The notes: generated from the letters alone by a model not told the origin. A stretch of 64,000 nt of DNA from Patescibacteria group bacterium (GCA_041662665.1 JBAZSC010000004.1:10464-74463); one strand, 5' to 3'. Numbered from the stretch's first letter, positions 45,635-55,416 are shown. A program made the numbers and translations.

Positions 45635-47515
45635 TTATTTTTCAGGTATATTATAAACCAAAATTGATCCGCCAATTATTGTTACTGGCTTATATTTTTC
45701 AAGCCAAGAATAATCTTTTTCTCCGTTAACTCTCGCATAATATTTTGAATTCTGATAATAAGTTGCTGAAACTGCCAGCCAACCAGTTGTTTCGCCAAAA
45801 CTCGATCGCCATAATTCTTGTTTATCACCCATATAATAAGATGGTACTGATCCGCCAAAATAATCAACTTTTATTTTTTCAATTTTATTATCATCAACAA
45901 ATTTTGCCAATCTCTTCAAATCCTGACCCCAATCAGTATTAGAATCAACTGAATATTTATAGCCATTTTTGTACCCACCAACTAACTCATTATAATACGC
46001 TAAATAATGAGGCCAAATTTCAAATTGAACAACAATATACCACAAAATTAACAAAGTACCAAAAATAATTCTCGGAATTTTAAATTTCATTGTCTTGTTC
46101 ACTTGATCTGTTCCTAGCTCCCGCATTCGAGACTCATTCGAAAAATCGATTCGAGTGAGCTTCGCAAAGCCCCATCCGCACAGCATTATCATAAATGGCC
46201 ACAAACCTAGAATATGCCTTAAACCAATATTTAAATTTCCTAATATACCAACCATCATAAACATTGTTATGCAAGTAATTGCAATAAAGAAAAATAAATA
46301 ATCATTCATTATTTTCACAAACTCATTCCAAAATCGATTCCATTTTCCATGAATATCAAGCTGTTCTTGATCTTTTTTTACTCGTTTATAAATACAATAG
46401 CCTAATACAATTAATGAAAATCCCAACAACATCTGCAAAACTAAAGTAGTTTTAATTAAAAATGACACTGGATAAAAATACCACCAAGATTGATTAGATG
46501 TCTGACCTAAAAAATAAGTCGTATTTCCACCAGCTACTCTAGCAAAAACCATTCTAAGTCCCAAACCATAATATGCGTATGGACGTAAAACTCGATTATC
46601 CGACATTTTATTCAGAACATTTTTAATCTGAATTGACAGATTATCAGTTTGCTCTAAAGAACCATTTATTGTTTGATGAATTTTGTCTACAGGCATTCTA
46701 CAAGTAAACAATGCATAAGTTGCTCCAACTATTGAAAATCCGATCGCACAAATTAAAATAAAAGAAATTGAGAACATCCATAATCTTCCAAACCATGCTC
46801 GTTTAAATTTATTATATCCCAAAAAAGTAGTCGGGCTAGTTGGTCTCCAAACAAACACTAAAACAAAAATTAATAAAATCATGTAGACAACTAACAGAAT
46901 ATTTGAAAATTTTGCTAATTGCGCGATTCCAAAAAATATTCCGCTTGCCCACAAATACCAGCCTTGCGGTTTTTTTATAAATTTATAAAAATAATAAATT
47001 GCAAAAAAGAAAGTTGCTGTCGCGCCCAAATCAGTTGTTACCAATCTAGAATGAGCCAAAATATTCGGCGATAAACAATAAAAAAATAAACAAACAAGTC
47101 CAACTTTCCAACCCCACAATTCTCGTGCAAAACGATAAATAAATAATCCAAAGATTAAGGCTAAAATCAAAACTGGAATTCTAGTCAGCAATAAAATTTG
47201 ATCTGCATTGTTACCCATTCTATAAATAAATTCCCAACCGCATTCCCATTGTCCATTTGTATCAGTTGTCCAACAAATTTTATCAACTGGAAATTTCAAA
47301 TTCTTAACAAATAATAATGGCAATGCATCCCAAACTTTAATCAATGGCGGATGTTCTGGATTTAACCTATAATCTAAATATTTTATATAAGAATAACCAG
47401 CTGGAATATGTGCCACTTCATCCGTTGTACCAGAATCGCCTTTCAAAGAATAAAGACCCAAAACAAACATGGTCCCTAGCATTAATAAAACAAATAGCCA
47501 TTGAAATTTTTTCAT
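45635..47515 (-). CDS. GT39/GT83-type (PMT/ArnT-like) membrane glycosyltransferase
   Basis: N-terminal TM, then DEVAHIPAGYSYIKYLDYRLNPEHPPL, which fits the dolichyl/undecaprenyl-phosphate-sugar-dependent family. Multi-TM, 626 aa. Confidence 0.65.
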   Translation of the reverse strand: MKKFQWLFVLLMLGTMFVLGLYSLKGDSGTTDEVAHIPAGYSYIKYLDYRLNPEHPPLIKVWDALPLLFVKNLKFPVDKICWTTDTNGQWECGWEFIYRMGNNADQILLLTRIPVLILALIFGLFIYRFARELWGWKVGLVCLFFYCLSPNILAHSRLVTTDLGATATFFFAIYYFYKFIKKPQGWYLWASGIFFGIAQLAKFSNILLVVYMILLIFVLVFVWRPTSPTTFLGYNKFKRAWFGRLWMFSISFILICAIGFSIVGATYALFTCRMPVDKIHQTINGSLEQTDNLSIQIKNVLNKMSDNRVLRPYAYYGLGLRMVFARVAGGNTTYFLGQTSNQSWWYFYPVSFLIKTTLVLQMLLGFSLIVLGYCIYKRVKKDQEQLDIHGKWNRFWNEFVKIMNDYLFFFIAITCITMFMMVGILGNLNIGLRHILGLWPFMIMLCGWGFAKLTRIDFSNESRMRELGTDQVNKTMKFKIPRIIFGTLLILWYIVVQFEIWPHYLAYYNELVGGYKNGYKYSVDSNTDWGQDLKRLAKFVDDNKIEKIKVDYFGGSVPSYYMGDKQELWRSSFGETTGWLAVSATYYQNSKYYARVNGEKDYSWLEKYKPVTIIGGSILVYNIPEK

Positions 47516-47533
47516 TTTTGTTTTTTTGATTAT

Positions 47534-48139
47534 TTATTTTGTTTCTTCTTCAACAACCTTGAATAATTGCTTCTTCAAATACATTACAATAAAAATTACA
47601 ATAACACCTACAACAACAATCAAGGTCACAAACAAAATACTATTTTGCACATATTGCCTTAAAACTTGCCAAGATTCTCCGAAAAAATAGCCTAAGAATG
47701 TCATAACAGTTGCCCAAACAAAACTGCCAACCGCATTCAACAATAAAAATTTTCCGAAATTAATTCTTAATGCTCCAGCCAAAATCAAAACCATTGCTCT
47801 GACTCCATAAACAAATCTTACCAACAAAATTGTTTTGCTAGCATGTTTTTTCAACAGTTGATCAAGACCAACAGCTTTTTCTTTTTTTCCAATTAATACT
47901 TTTTGTAATCTGTTTACCAAGGCCTTCTCTCCAAATCTTCCAATTACGTACCAAACAATATCAACTAATAATACTGCAATTGTTGCGAAAAAAATCACCC
48001 AAACAACATTAAAATAACCTTGGGCTGCCAAAAATCCAGCTGCTAAAAGTAAAATTTCTCCACCAACAATAACACCGGCAAAAATTCCAATGTAACCATA
48101 TTGTATTAAAATTGCCGAAAGCGCGGAAATTTCTAACAT
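47534..48139 (-). CDS. DedA/TVP38-family membrane protein
   Basis: YGYIGIFAGVIVGGE...G motif region and four TM helices. Confidence 0.75.
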   Translation of the reverse strand: MLEISALSAILIQYGYIGIFAGVIVGGEILLLAAGFLAAQGYFNVVWVIFFATIAVLLVDIVWYVIGRFGEKALVNRLQKVLIGKKEKAVGLDQLLKKHASKTILLVRFVYGVRAMVLILAGALRINFGKFLLLNAVGSFVWATVMTFLGYFFGESWQVLRQYVQNSILFVTLIVVVGVIVIFIVMYLKKQLFKVVEEETK

Positions 48140-48146
48140 AGTAATT

Positions 48147-48258
48147 AAATCTCAAATTACAAACAAATCTCAAATCACAAAGATACAAACTTTAAATCCT
48201 ATTTTGTAATTTGTCTTTTGTAATTTGTTTGGAATTTGGAATTTGGAATTTTCGTAAC
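48147..48258. repeat. Long inverted repeat, caaattccaaa family, overlapping the 3' end of the 48192-49766 gene
   Basis: Left arm ctcaaattacaaacaaatctcaaatcacaaag; right arm gtaatttgtcttttgtaatttgtttggaatttggaatttggaatt. Confidence 0.7.
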
Positions 48259-49766
48259 GCTAAATTCTGTCCAGCAATAATCAATCCAATCAAAAACCAA
48301 ATATGAATAATATATAAAGAAGAAAAAGTCATGTATTGAATTAAAATTCCAGCAAATGCAACTGTCAGTCCGACAACCAAAGTTTTATCCATAAAATCAT
48401 CGCTCTTAAACCAAACTTTCAGCGTTCTAAAAAAGATAAAAAATATCATTGCCAAAAAAATCAGCAATCCAAAAATTCCAGTCTCTGCCCAAATTTCTAA
48501 AAATTCATTATTTACAATTGCCCAACCATTCTTTGGAATGGAAATTGGACCTTGCGCTACCTCTGGTCCAAAACCTCCAATCCCAACTCCCAAAATCGGA
48601 TTCCTCTGAATCAAAAACCATGCCTGTTTATAAGTTGAATATCTTTCTTCAATTGATGCACCTTCTTCAAATTCTGTTGCTTGAGCTGTAAAATTTTTAA
48701 TATTTACATCTTTCCTTGTAAATTTTAATAAATATATTGTCGATACAATTGCAATTATCGCAATCGCCGCAATTATAATAATTCTTTTCGGCGAAAAAAA
48801 AGATTTAAAATAAAATAATGCAAACAAAACCAACATTCCAGCAAATCCCAAATAAGCACCGCGCGAGACCGTCAAAACCAAATTCAAAACCATCAAACCA
48901 AGTATTACAAATAACACAATTGGCGCACTCAAATTTAGAAGCCGGTTTGTTTTATTGTTTTTTTGTTTTTTTGTTTCTTGCCCTAAAATCAAACCATTGT
49001 CAATTTCATCTTGTTTGCCTCGTTTTCTACTCAATATCATCGCCAAACATATTCCCAAAGGAATTAACAAAAAGTTACCAAAATATAATGGCTCAGAAGA
49101 TGTCCCTTGAATTCTTGGAAAACCGAATACTTGTGATGTATATATATCTCTCAAACCTGTTATTTCTTTTGGAATACCAATCATATCTCCGACAAATTGA
49201 AAAAGTCCATAAATAGACACTACTAATCCAGACAGCAATATCACCCAAACAATTTTTTTAAATAATTCTTTTGAATTAATCAAGCTTGGAATAACTAATG
49301 CCACCAGCATTACAAAAAAATTAAAACCTAAAATTGTCAAACTTCTTGAAATATTTTGAGCATTAGCTAAAGATAAAACAGAAACGCCAGTAAACAAAAA
49401 AACAAAAATTATTAATGGATTTTTAACATAATTATTTTTTTTCTTTGCCAAACTAACCAAAAAAAATGCAATCAAAGTTATCAACGCAAAAACTTGTGAA
49501 ATTCTCACTGTCATACTTCCCATTTCAAACGATCCTAATCTTTCAAAAGGCAGAAAAAAAGCGACTAAAAATAAACCAAAATAAGGTTTTTTAAAAATTG
49601 CCAAAGAAAGCCCAATAAAAATCATCGCACCAACCAAAAACAGAAAAACAGATTTATACTGATCATTTACTAAAACTCCAGTAATAGCGCAAACAACTAA
49701 AACAACCAAAGTCTTAATTAAGTTTTCTTTGCTAAAAATATTCAGTTTTTCAATTGCTTCAGCCAT
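48192..49766 (-). CDS. O-antigen ligase / polymerase (Wzy)-like polytopic membrane protein; C-terminal tail encoded by a repeat element
   Basis: At least 10 TM helices. The last about 20 aa (KFQIPNSKQITKDKLQNRI) are encoded by the inverted repeat. Confidence 0.55.
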   Translation of the reverse strand: MAEAIEKLNIFSKENLIKTLVVLVVCAITGVLVNDQYKSVFLFLVGAMIFIGLSLAIFKKPYFGLFLVAFFLPFERLGSFEMGSMTVRISQVFALITLIAFFLVSLAKKKNNYVKNPLIIFVFLFTGVSVLSLANAQNISRSLTILGFNFFVMLVALVIPSLINSKELFKKIVWVILLSGLVVSIYGLFQFVGDMIGIPKEITGLRDIYTSQVFGFPRIQGTSSEPLYFGNFLLIPLGICLAMILSRKRGKQDEIDNGLILGQETKKQKNNKTNRLLNLSAPIVLFVILGLMVLNLVLTVSRGAYLGFAGMLVLFALFYFKSFFSPKRIIIIAAIAIIAIVSTIYLLKFTRKDVNIKNFTAQATEFEEGASIEERYSTYKQAWFLIQRNPILGVGIGGFGPEVAQGPISIPKNGWAIVNNEFLEIWAETGIFGLLIFLAMIFFIFFRTLKVWFKSDDFMDKTLVVGLTVAFAGILIQYMTFSSLYIIHIWFLIGLIIAGQNLALRKFQIPNSKQITKDKLQNRI

Positions 49767-49892
49767 ATATAAACTTATCCATATTTTATCCCATTTTTAA
49801 CATTTTAGCAATTCGAAAAAACATTCGCTTTATTCGCAAATTCATTCGAGTGAGCAACAAAAAAAGAGCACAAAATGCTCAAAAAAGTTCTA

Positions 49893-50261
49893 TCACTTTC
49901 TCATCGTAAGTTTCAAAACAATAACTCCTCTTTCTTCATCATTTTTCAGACCAAAATGATCATCCTCACAAAATGTAAACCCATCCTTTCTATAACTTTC
50001 AATTACGGGAAAAAGCAACAACAATGTTTCAATGGTTATGCATATTCCTGATTTTAAATCGTCTTTGTCTTCATGAGTTTTAGGCAAAAAACCAATTTTC
50101 ACAAATGGCACTTCTAGATCTACTGATGTCACTTCAGGTTTGCATTCTAAATGAACAGTTCTAACGATACCGCCACCCAAAGTATCCTTTTCCATAAGAC
50201 ATATTAATCCAGATTTTTCTTTCGATTTATCATCTGAACGAACAACTACTATTTCTCCCAT
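49893..50261 (-). CDS. Hypothetical protein (SD-bearing, GC-richer)
   Basis: Start assigned to the ATG at 50261, preceded by aaaaggaggagaaa. The ORF-track start at 50333 lacks an RBS. Confidence 0.4.
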   Translation of the reverse strand: MGEIVVVRSDDKSKEKSGLICLMEKDTLGGGIVRTVHLECKPEVTSVDLEVPFVKIGFLPKTHEDKDDLKSGICITIETLLLLFPVIESYRKDGFTFCEDDHFGLKNDEERGVIVLKLTMRK

Positions 50262-50378
50262 TTTCTCCTCCTTTTCGCCTAGGACATAAAAAAGTACAAT
50301 AAAATATTTTACTAAATTAAAATACAAAGTCAATATTTAATTTCGTAATTTTCAATTTCGATAATTTAATCTATCTAA

Positions 50379-51467
50379 CTAATCTATTATTTTTAACTCG
50401 TTATAAACTTCTAATGTTTCTTCAGCACATTTTTTCCAAGAAAATTTATCAGCTTGCTTTAATCCATCTGCTTTCATCATGATCTGTTTTTCAGGACTTT
50501 TCAAAACTTCTATAATATTTTTCACCCATACTTCTTTATTTTTTGGATCAATTAAAATTCCTGCATCACCGACAACTTCTGGCAACGATGAAGAATTTGA
50601 AGAAATAACTGGCACTCCACATTTCATTGCTTCTAATATCGGCAAACCAAAACCTTCATAAATTGACGGAAATGCAAACAGTTTCGCACCATTATATAAA
50701 TACGGCAAATCACCTTCTTCAACATAATCCGTAAAAATAACTTTATCTTGAAGATTTAGTTCTTTAATCAGTAAAAATATATTTTCATACCTCCACCCTT
50801 TTTTACCCGCAATAACAAGCTTCAAATCTCCAATATCCGAATATCTTAATTTCCGAATATCATTAAATACGTTTACCAAAAATTCTAAATTTTTTCTTGG
50901 CTCAAGTGTCCCAACATTCAAAATATAATTTCCACTAATTCCATATTTTTTCTTAACCTCTTCAATTCTATTCAAATCAGTTATCACTCTAAATTCTGAG
51001 CCCGCTGCCTCATAAATCACTTTTATTTTATTTTCATCTAATCCAAGTTTTTCCACTAAATCTTTTTTCGCACTTTCTGAAATTGTAATAATATAATCTG
51101 CAAACTTATACGACCAAGGCATTAATTTTGTAAAATAAAACCTTGAACTCATTGAAAAATTTTCTGGATAAAGAATTGGAATAATATCATGAATTGTCAC
51201 CACTTTTTTAAAATTTCCAAATTTCGGCACAGAAAAACAAGTTTTGTGAACAACATCTGGTTTTATTAATTTTACTTTTTTTACAAATTTTACCTGATCC
51301 CACCAAATTCTTTCATAAGTTCTCAAATCTTTATTTTTTCCTGAATCAATTAAAAAATACTCATTTTGAGTATCAATTTTTTTTAGATTTTCAACTAAAT
51401 TTTTAACATAAAAACCAAACCCGCTCTTCTTTCCCAACATTGTCTGTGTATCGATGACTATCCTCAT
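50379..51467 (-). CDS. GT4-family (GT-B, glycosyl transferase group 1) glycosyltransferase
   Basis: C-terminal EGFGLPILEAMKCGVPVISSNSSSLPEV signature. Confidence 0.85.
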   Translation of the reverse strand: MRIVIDTQTMLGKKSGFGFYVKNLVENLKKIDTQNEYFLIDSGKNKDLRTYERIWWDQVKFVKKVKLIKPDVVHKTCFSVPKFGNFKKVVTIHDIIPILYPENFSMSSRFYFTKLMPWSYKFADYIITISESAKKDLVEKLGLDENKIKVIYEAAGSEFRVITDLNRIEEVKKKYGISGNYILNVGTLEPRKNLEFLVNVFNDIRKLRYSDIGDLKLVIAGKKGWRYENIFLLIKELNLQDKVIFTDYVEEGDLPYLYNGAKLFAFPSIYEGFGLPILEAMKCGVPVISSNSSSLPEVVGDAGILIDPKNKEVWVKNIIEVLKSPEKQIMMKADGLKQADKFSWKKCAEETLEVYNELKIID

Positions 51468-51477
51468 TTATAAGCAC

Positions 51478-51700
51478 TGTCATCCTGAACCGCAGTGAAG
51501 GATCCCGTTGCTAAATAAATAATCACGGGATTCTTCGGCTTCGGCCTCAGAATGACAATATCTAAAAATATATTTTTCTAAAAAAATAAAAACAGATATT
51601 GGCAAAAATTATTTTTTTCTGAAGGCGAGGATTGTCTGAGCCCCGAACCGCAGTGAAGGGGCGAGTTCCGCAGCCTGAAGAAAAAAATAATTTTTGACAA
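51478..51700. other. Two GC-rich structured elements sharing gaaccgcagtgaagg, separated by an AT-rich spacer
   Basis: tgtcatcctgaaccgcagtgaaggatcccgt...acgggattcttcggcttcggcctcagaatgaca and ctgagccccgaaccgcagtgaaggggcgagttccgcagcctgaag. Confidence 0.4.
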
Positions 51701-51725
51701 TCAACACAAAACATCTTTTTCAACA

Positions 51726-53180
51726 TTATTTAACCTTAATGCCTTCTTTAACCAATTCCTCTTTTCTCAAAGAAATAATTTCTTTAACCTCGCCTATCAA
51801 AATTGCTTTAATTAAAAATGCAATCCCAAAATAAACAGCAACAGCAATCAATCCTCTGATCGCAAAATTCCAAGATTCAGGCATTATAAATAATGCTATT
51901 GCCATAAAAATTCCAGCGATCAAAGATTTGCCAGCAATTTTATAATTCAATCCAACTTTTTCCAGTTTCCAAATTATTAATGCTGTCAGAACTGCAACTG
52001 CAACTTCAGAAACAACTGTTGAAATTGCTGCACCATAATATGAATATTTTGGAATCAACCACAAACATAATACAACTGCCAAAATTGCCGTAAAAATATA
52101 AACCCACATTGTTTTATGCTGTTTATTTGCTGCAACTGCAGCATTTCCAAAAAGATGAGAGAAAAAGATCGCGCCAGTTGCGATAATCAATAATTTCAAA
52201 ACATTTCCAGAATCAGAAAAATCACTACCTCCAAAAAATGCCATTATTGGTTCTGCAAGAAACAACGTTCCTATAATTAACGGAATTACAAAAATAATCA
52301 AAATATCAAATCCTTTTTTATAAATTTCTTCAAACTTCTTTCTATCTTCTTCAAAAAACTTCGACATTACAGGCAACAATAATCCAGCAAAAATCGCTGC
52401 AAAAGTAATTAAGACTTCCAAAACTTTGTATGCCGCGCCGTATACACCGACATCGCTTTCTGATTTCATAATTGATAAAAACAAAGTATCAACTTTAAAA
52501 TAAATTAAATTAAAAACTACTGAAAAAGCCAAAGGCGCAGTCATGATCAAAATCTTTTTCCACAATGCAAAATCAAAAGCTAATTTAACTTTTACATATT
52601 TTCTGGAATAAAGGAACAGCACCAAAAAATTTACAAAATTGGACAACGCAATTCCAAAAATCATATACAAAATTGAAGCGTTTGCATTAATAACAAGTAT
52701 AACAGCAACCAACCAAACAATTCTGCCAGCAACTTCAGCAACTGCCACTTTATACATTGAAAAATATTTTTGAAAAACACCGATTAAAGTTTGATTTAAT
52801 AAAATAAATAAATAAGAAGCAGCTCCAACCACAACGCCCCATTTTACAATTGGATCATAAGGAAAAAGCCAAATTACCAAAGAACCAATCGTCAGAATTA
52901 ACAATCCTGACAATCCTTTTATTGTCATTGCATTACTGACAAATTTATCTTGATCAATATTTTTCTTTGATATTTCACGAGTTACAACCAAATACAAACC
53001 CAAATCAGCCATAATTGAAAAAACAGATAGATAAGCCATAATTGTCGTATATTGTCCAAATCCAGACTGGCCTAAATATCGAAGCATTAATGATACTGTC
53101 ACCAATGCCAAAACCATTCCAATTCCTTTGCCGACAAATTGTATCAGCGTATTATGCGCAACTTTTCTAGCTAAAGACAT
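51726..53180 (-). CDS. Polysaccharide/oligosaccharide flippase, Wzx (MOP superfamily)
   Basis: 14 TM helices with a PST-family N-terminus (LIQFVGKGIGMVLALVTVSLMLRYLG). Confidence 0.75.
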   Translation of the reverse strand: MSLARKVAHNTLIQFVGKGIGMVLALVTVSLMLRYLGQSGFGQYTTIMAYLSVFSIMADLGLYLVVTREISKKNIDQDKFVSNAMTIKGLSGLLILTIGSLVIWLFPYDPIVKWGVVVGAASYLFILLNQTLIGVFQKYFSMYKVAVAEVAGRIVWLVAVILVINANASILYMIFGIALSNFVNFLVLFLYSRKYVKVKLAFDFALWKKILIMTAPLAFSVVFNLIYFKVDTLFLSIMKSESDVGVYGAAYKVLEVLITFAAIFAGLLLPVMSKFFEEDRKKFEEIYKKGFDILIIFVIPLIIGTLFLAEPIMAFFGGSDFSDSGNVLKLLIIATGAIFFSHLFGNAAVAANKQHKTMWVYIFTAILAVVLCLWLIPKYSYYGAAISTVVSEVAVAVLTALIIWKLEKVGLNYKIAGKSLIAGIFMAIALFIMPESWNFAIRGLIAVAVYFGIAFLIKAILIGEVKEIISLRKEELVKEGIKVK

Positions 53181-53318
53181 TCGTTTAAAAAACTAAAAAT
53201 ATAAAAATCACTAACTCATATTATCATTTTTTCTATGCAACAGCAAACAAAAAAGAGCAGAATGCTCTTAATTTCTAATTTCCGAATTTTTATATTTTTA
53301 ATTTTTTATATCCGTACG

Positions 53319-53882
53319 CTATTCCGTATCTTTCATTACAACATCAGAAATCATCTCTTTTTGCTCAAGCTTTGCAGAAACAGGCTTACGTTGTTCTTCA
53401 CGTACTAAATCATCCTTCACAACAATAGCTTTTTTACTAATCGAAACAATTTTATCAAAAGAAATAATTAATTGGCCTTTAAACAATTTTCTTAAAAAAC
53501 CTGTTTTTACATACATTTTTTCAAGTCTATAAGAAATATCATCCATTTCAAAATCAACAACTTTGCCTAATTCTTCTCCACTCTCTGTTACAACATTATT
53601 ATCTTTGATTTTAATTTCTTTTTTCAAAAGTTCTTCAAACAAACCAAAATTATTTAATGGCTTTACTGACATCTCACTATCAACAAAAACATTTCCATCT
53701 CTAATTTCTTTTACATCTTCAATTCGTAAAATTCGCTGTTCTTTCAATAAACCTTCAGACAACTGAAAACCTAATAATTTTCCAGTTTCAAAATTAATTA
53801 TGAATTCATTTATTTTGCCAATTTCTTTATTGCTAGAAACAACCAAAATAGTCGCACCAATTGTCTCGTTGTAATCAATCAT
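53319..53882 (-). CDS. Hypothetical protein, possibly tandem PRC-barrel-like domains
   Basis: Two related halves of about 85 aa; weak PRC-barrel resemblance. Confidence 0.35.
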   Translation of the reverse strand: MIDYNETIGATILVVSSNKEIGKINEFIINFETGKLLGFQLSEGLLKEQRILRIEDVKEIRDGNVFVDSEMSVKPLNNFGLFEELLKKEIKIKDNNVVTESGEELGKVVDFEMDDISYRLEKMYVKTGFLRKLFKGQLIISFDKIVSISKKAIVVKDDLVREEQRKPVSAKLEQKEMISDVVMKDTE

Positions 53883-53884
53883 AA

Positions 53885-53962
53885 ACGTGAATTAAGAATC
53901 ATGAATTAAGAATTATGAATTTTATCATAATTCTTGATTCTTTATTCATGATTCTCGTGGCT
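53885..53962. repeat. Inverted oligo-repeat (gaattaagaatcatgaatt / aattcttgattctttattcatgattc)
   Basis: Related to the words at 21010-21162 and 35270-35330. Confidence 0.55.
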
Positions 53963-54446
53963 TAATTACTATTTTTCTATTCGGATCTTCGCCAATACTT
54001 TCTGTACAAACTAGCTCATTATTTGCCAAACACATATGAACAACTCTCCGCTCATAAGCAGTCATTGGTCTTAATACGATTTCTTTGTTAATTCGAACTA
54101 CTTTTTCCGCAGTATCCAAAGCTATCTTTTTTAAATATTCTTCTTTTTCTTGGCGATAATTATTCACATCAATGTAGAATGGAATTTCAGAAACGCTATT
54201 TTTTCTTTTTAAAAATACTTTTGCTAAATGTTGAATTGCAAATAAATTGCAGCCTCGCTGTCCAATCAAATAATTTGCATCATCAGCCTCAATATTCAAA
54301 CAAACAATTTCCTTTCCTTCTTTTTCGTCAATTCGAGCATTTGTCTTTCCATTGATTCCCATTTTCAGAATTAAATCTTCAACTACTCCTTTTACCTCCT
54401 CGATACTTGTTGCATTGATTTCATTCATATGTTTTAAAATAATCAA
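53946..54446 (-). CDS. jag: Jag/KhpB-type R3H RNA-binding protein
   Basis: KH-like domain plus R3H (LIGQRGCNL...; YERRVVH). Located downstream of yidC. Confidence 0.75.
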   Translation of the reverse strand: MIILKHMNEINATSIEEVKGVVEDLILKMGINGKTNARIDEKEGKEIVCLNIEADDANYLIGQRGCNLFAIQHLAKVFLKRKNSVSEIPFYIDVNNYRQEKEEYLKKIALDTAEKVVRINKEIVLRPMTAYERRVVHMCLANNELVCTESIGEDPNRKIVIKPRES

Positions 54447-54585
54447 TAATCAATTACCAATAATCAATAAATAATCAATTTCCAATAACTAAATAATCAA
54501 TAAAATCGTCGCAATTTTGATTATTAAATTATTGGTTATTGGTTTTTTACTGATTATTGAAATTTGATTATTGGTTATTTAAGCC
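54440..54585. repeat. Inverted oligo-repeat (aataatcaat / attgattatt words)
   Basis: aataatcaataatcaattaccaataatcaataaataatcaatttcc... lies opposite ...ttgattattaaattattggttattgg. Confidence 0.6.
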
Positions 54586-55286
54586 GCTGTTACTCCCGAA
54601 ACTCCAGTTTTCTTAGTCATTATATATTGTTGCGCAATTGCAAATAAAGTTGTTGTAATCCAATAAATTGCTAAACCTGCTGGCAAACTCATCGCAATAA
54701 AAACTGTCATTACTGGCATAAAATATGTCATTTGTTTTCCTAACATTCCTGCCATTTTATCGCTTGTTTTCTTTTGTTTTGAAAATACCATCCATGATTG
54801 CACAAATTGTAAAAGCCCAGCAATAATTGCCAAAATCAAATTTGGAGTTGTCATACTAACTAATCCAAACAACATTGGATTAATGCTTTCTGGTTTTGAA
54901 ACAAAAGAATATAGCAAATCCATGCTAGAATTTTGTAAACCTTTTTGAAATACTCCATACAAAGCAAAAATAATTGGCAATTGAACTAATAAAGGTAAAC
55001 AAGAAGACATTGGATTAATTTTGTTTTCTTTATAAAATTTCATCAATTCTTCGCTTTGTTTTTGCTTGTCGTCTTTAAATTTATTTTTAATCTCATCCAT
55101 TTTTGGTTGCAATCCTTGCAAAGATTGTTGCGATTTCATTGACTTTAATGACAAAGGCAACAAAACAAAACGAATCAAAATCGTTACAATAATAATTGCA
55201 ACACCAATATCACCAATCATGTTATACAGCCAAACTAATAAATTTAATAATGGCTGAAATAAAATTATATTATATAGTTGAATCAT
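54579..55286 (-). CDS. yidC: Membrane protein insertase YidC (short form)
   Basis: GVAIIIVTILIRFVLLPLSLKS and NPMSSCLPLLVQLPIIFALY motifs of the YidC/Oxa1 family. Confidence 0.85.
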   Translation of the reverse strand: MIQLYNIILFQPLLNLLVWLYNMIGDIGVAIIIVTILIRFVLLPLSLKSMKSQQSLQGLQPKMDEIKNKFKDDKQKQSEELMKFYKENKINPMSSCLPLLVQLPIIFALYGVFQKGLQNSSMDLLYSFVSKPESINPMLFGLVSMTTPNLILAIIAGLLQFVQSWMVFSKQKKTSDKMAGMLGKQMTYFMPVMTVFIAMSLPAGLAIYWITTTLFAIAQQYIMTKKTGVSGVTAA

Positions 55287-55302
55287 AGTTTTAAAAATTT
55301 AT

Positions 55303-55416
55303 AAATTACAAATCCCAAAATCCAAACAAATCCCAAATAACAAATTACAAAATATCTTTTGTGGTTTGTAATTTGGAATTTGTAATTTGTTTGGTATTTG
55401 AAATTTGGAATTTCAC
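55303..55416. repeat. Long inverted repeat, caaattccaaa family, overlapping the 3' end of yidD
   Basis: Left arm aaattacaaatcccaaaatccaaacaaatcccaaataacaaattacaaa; right arm tggtttgtaatttggaatttgtaatttgtttggtatttgaaatttggaatttc. Confidence 0.7.
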
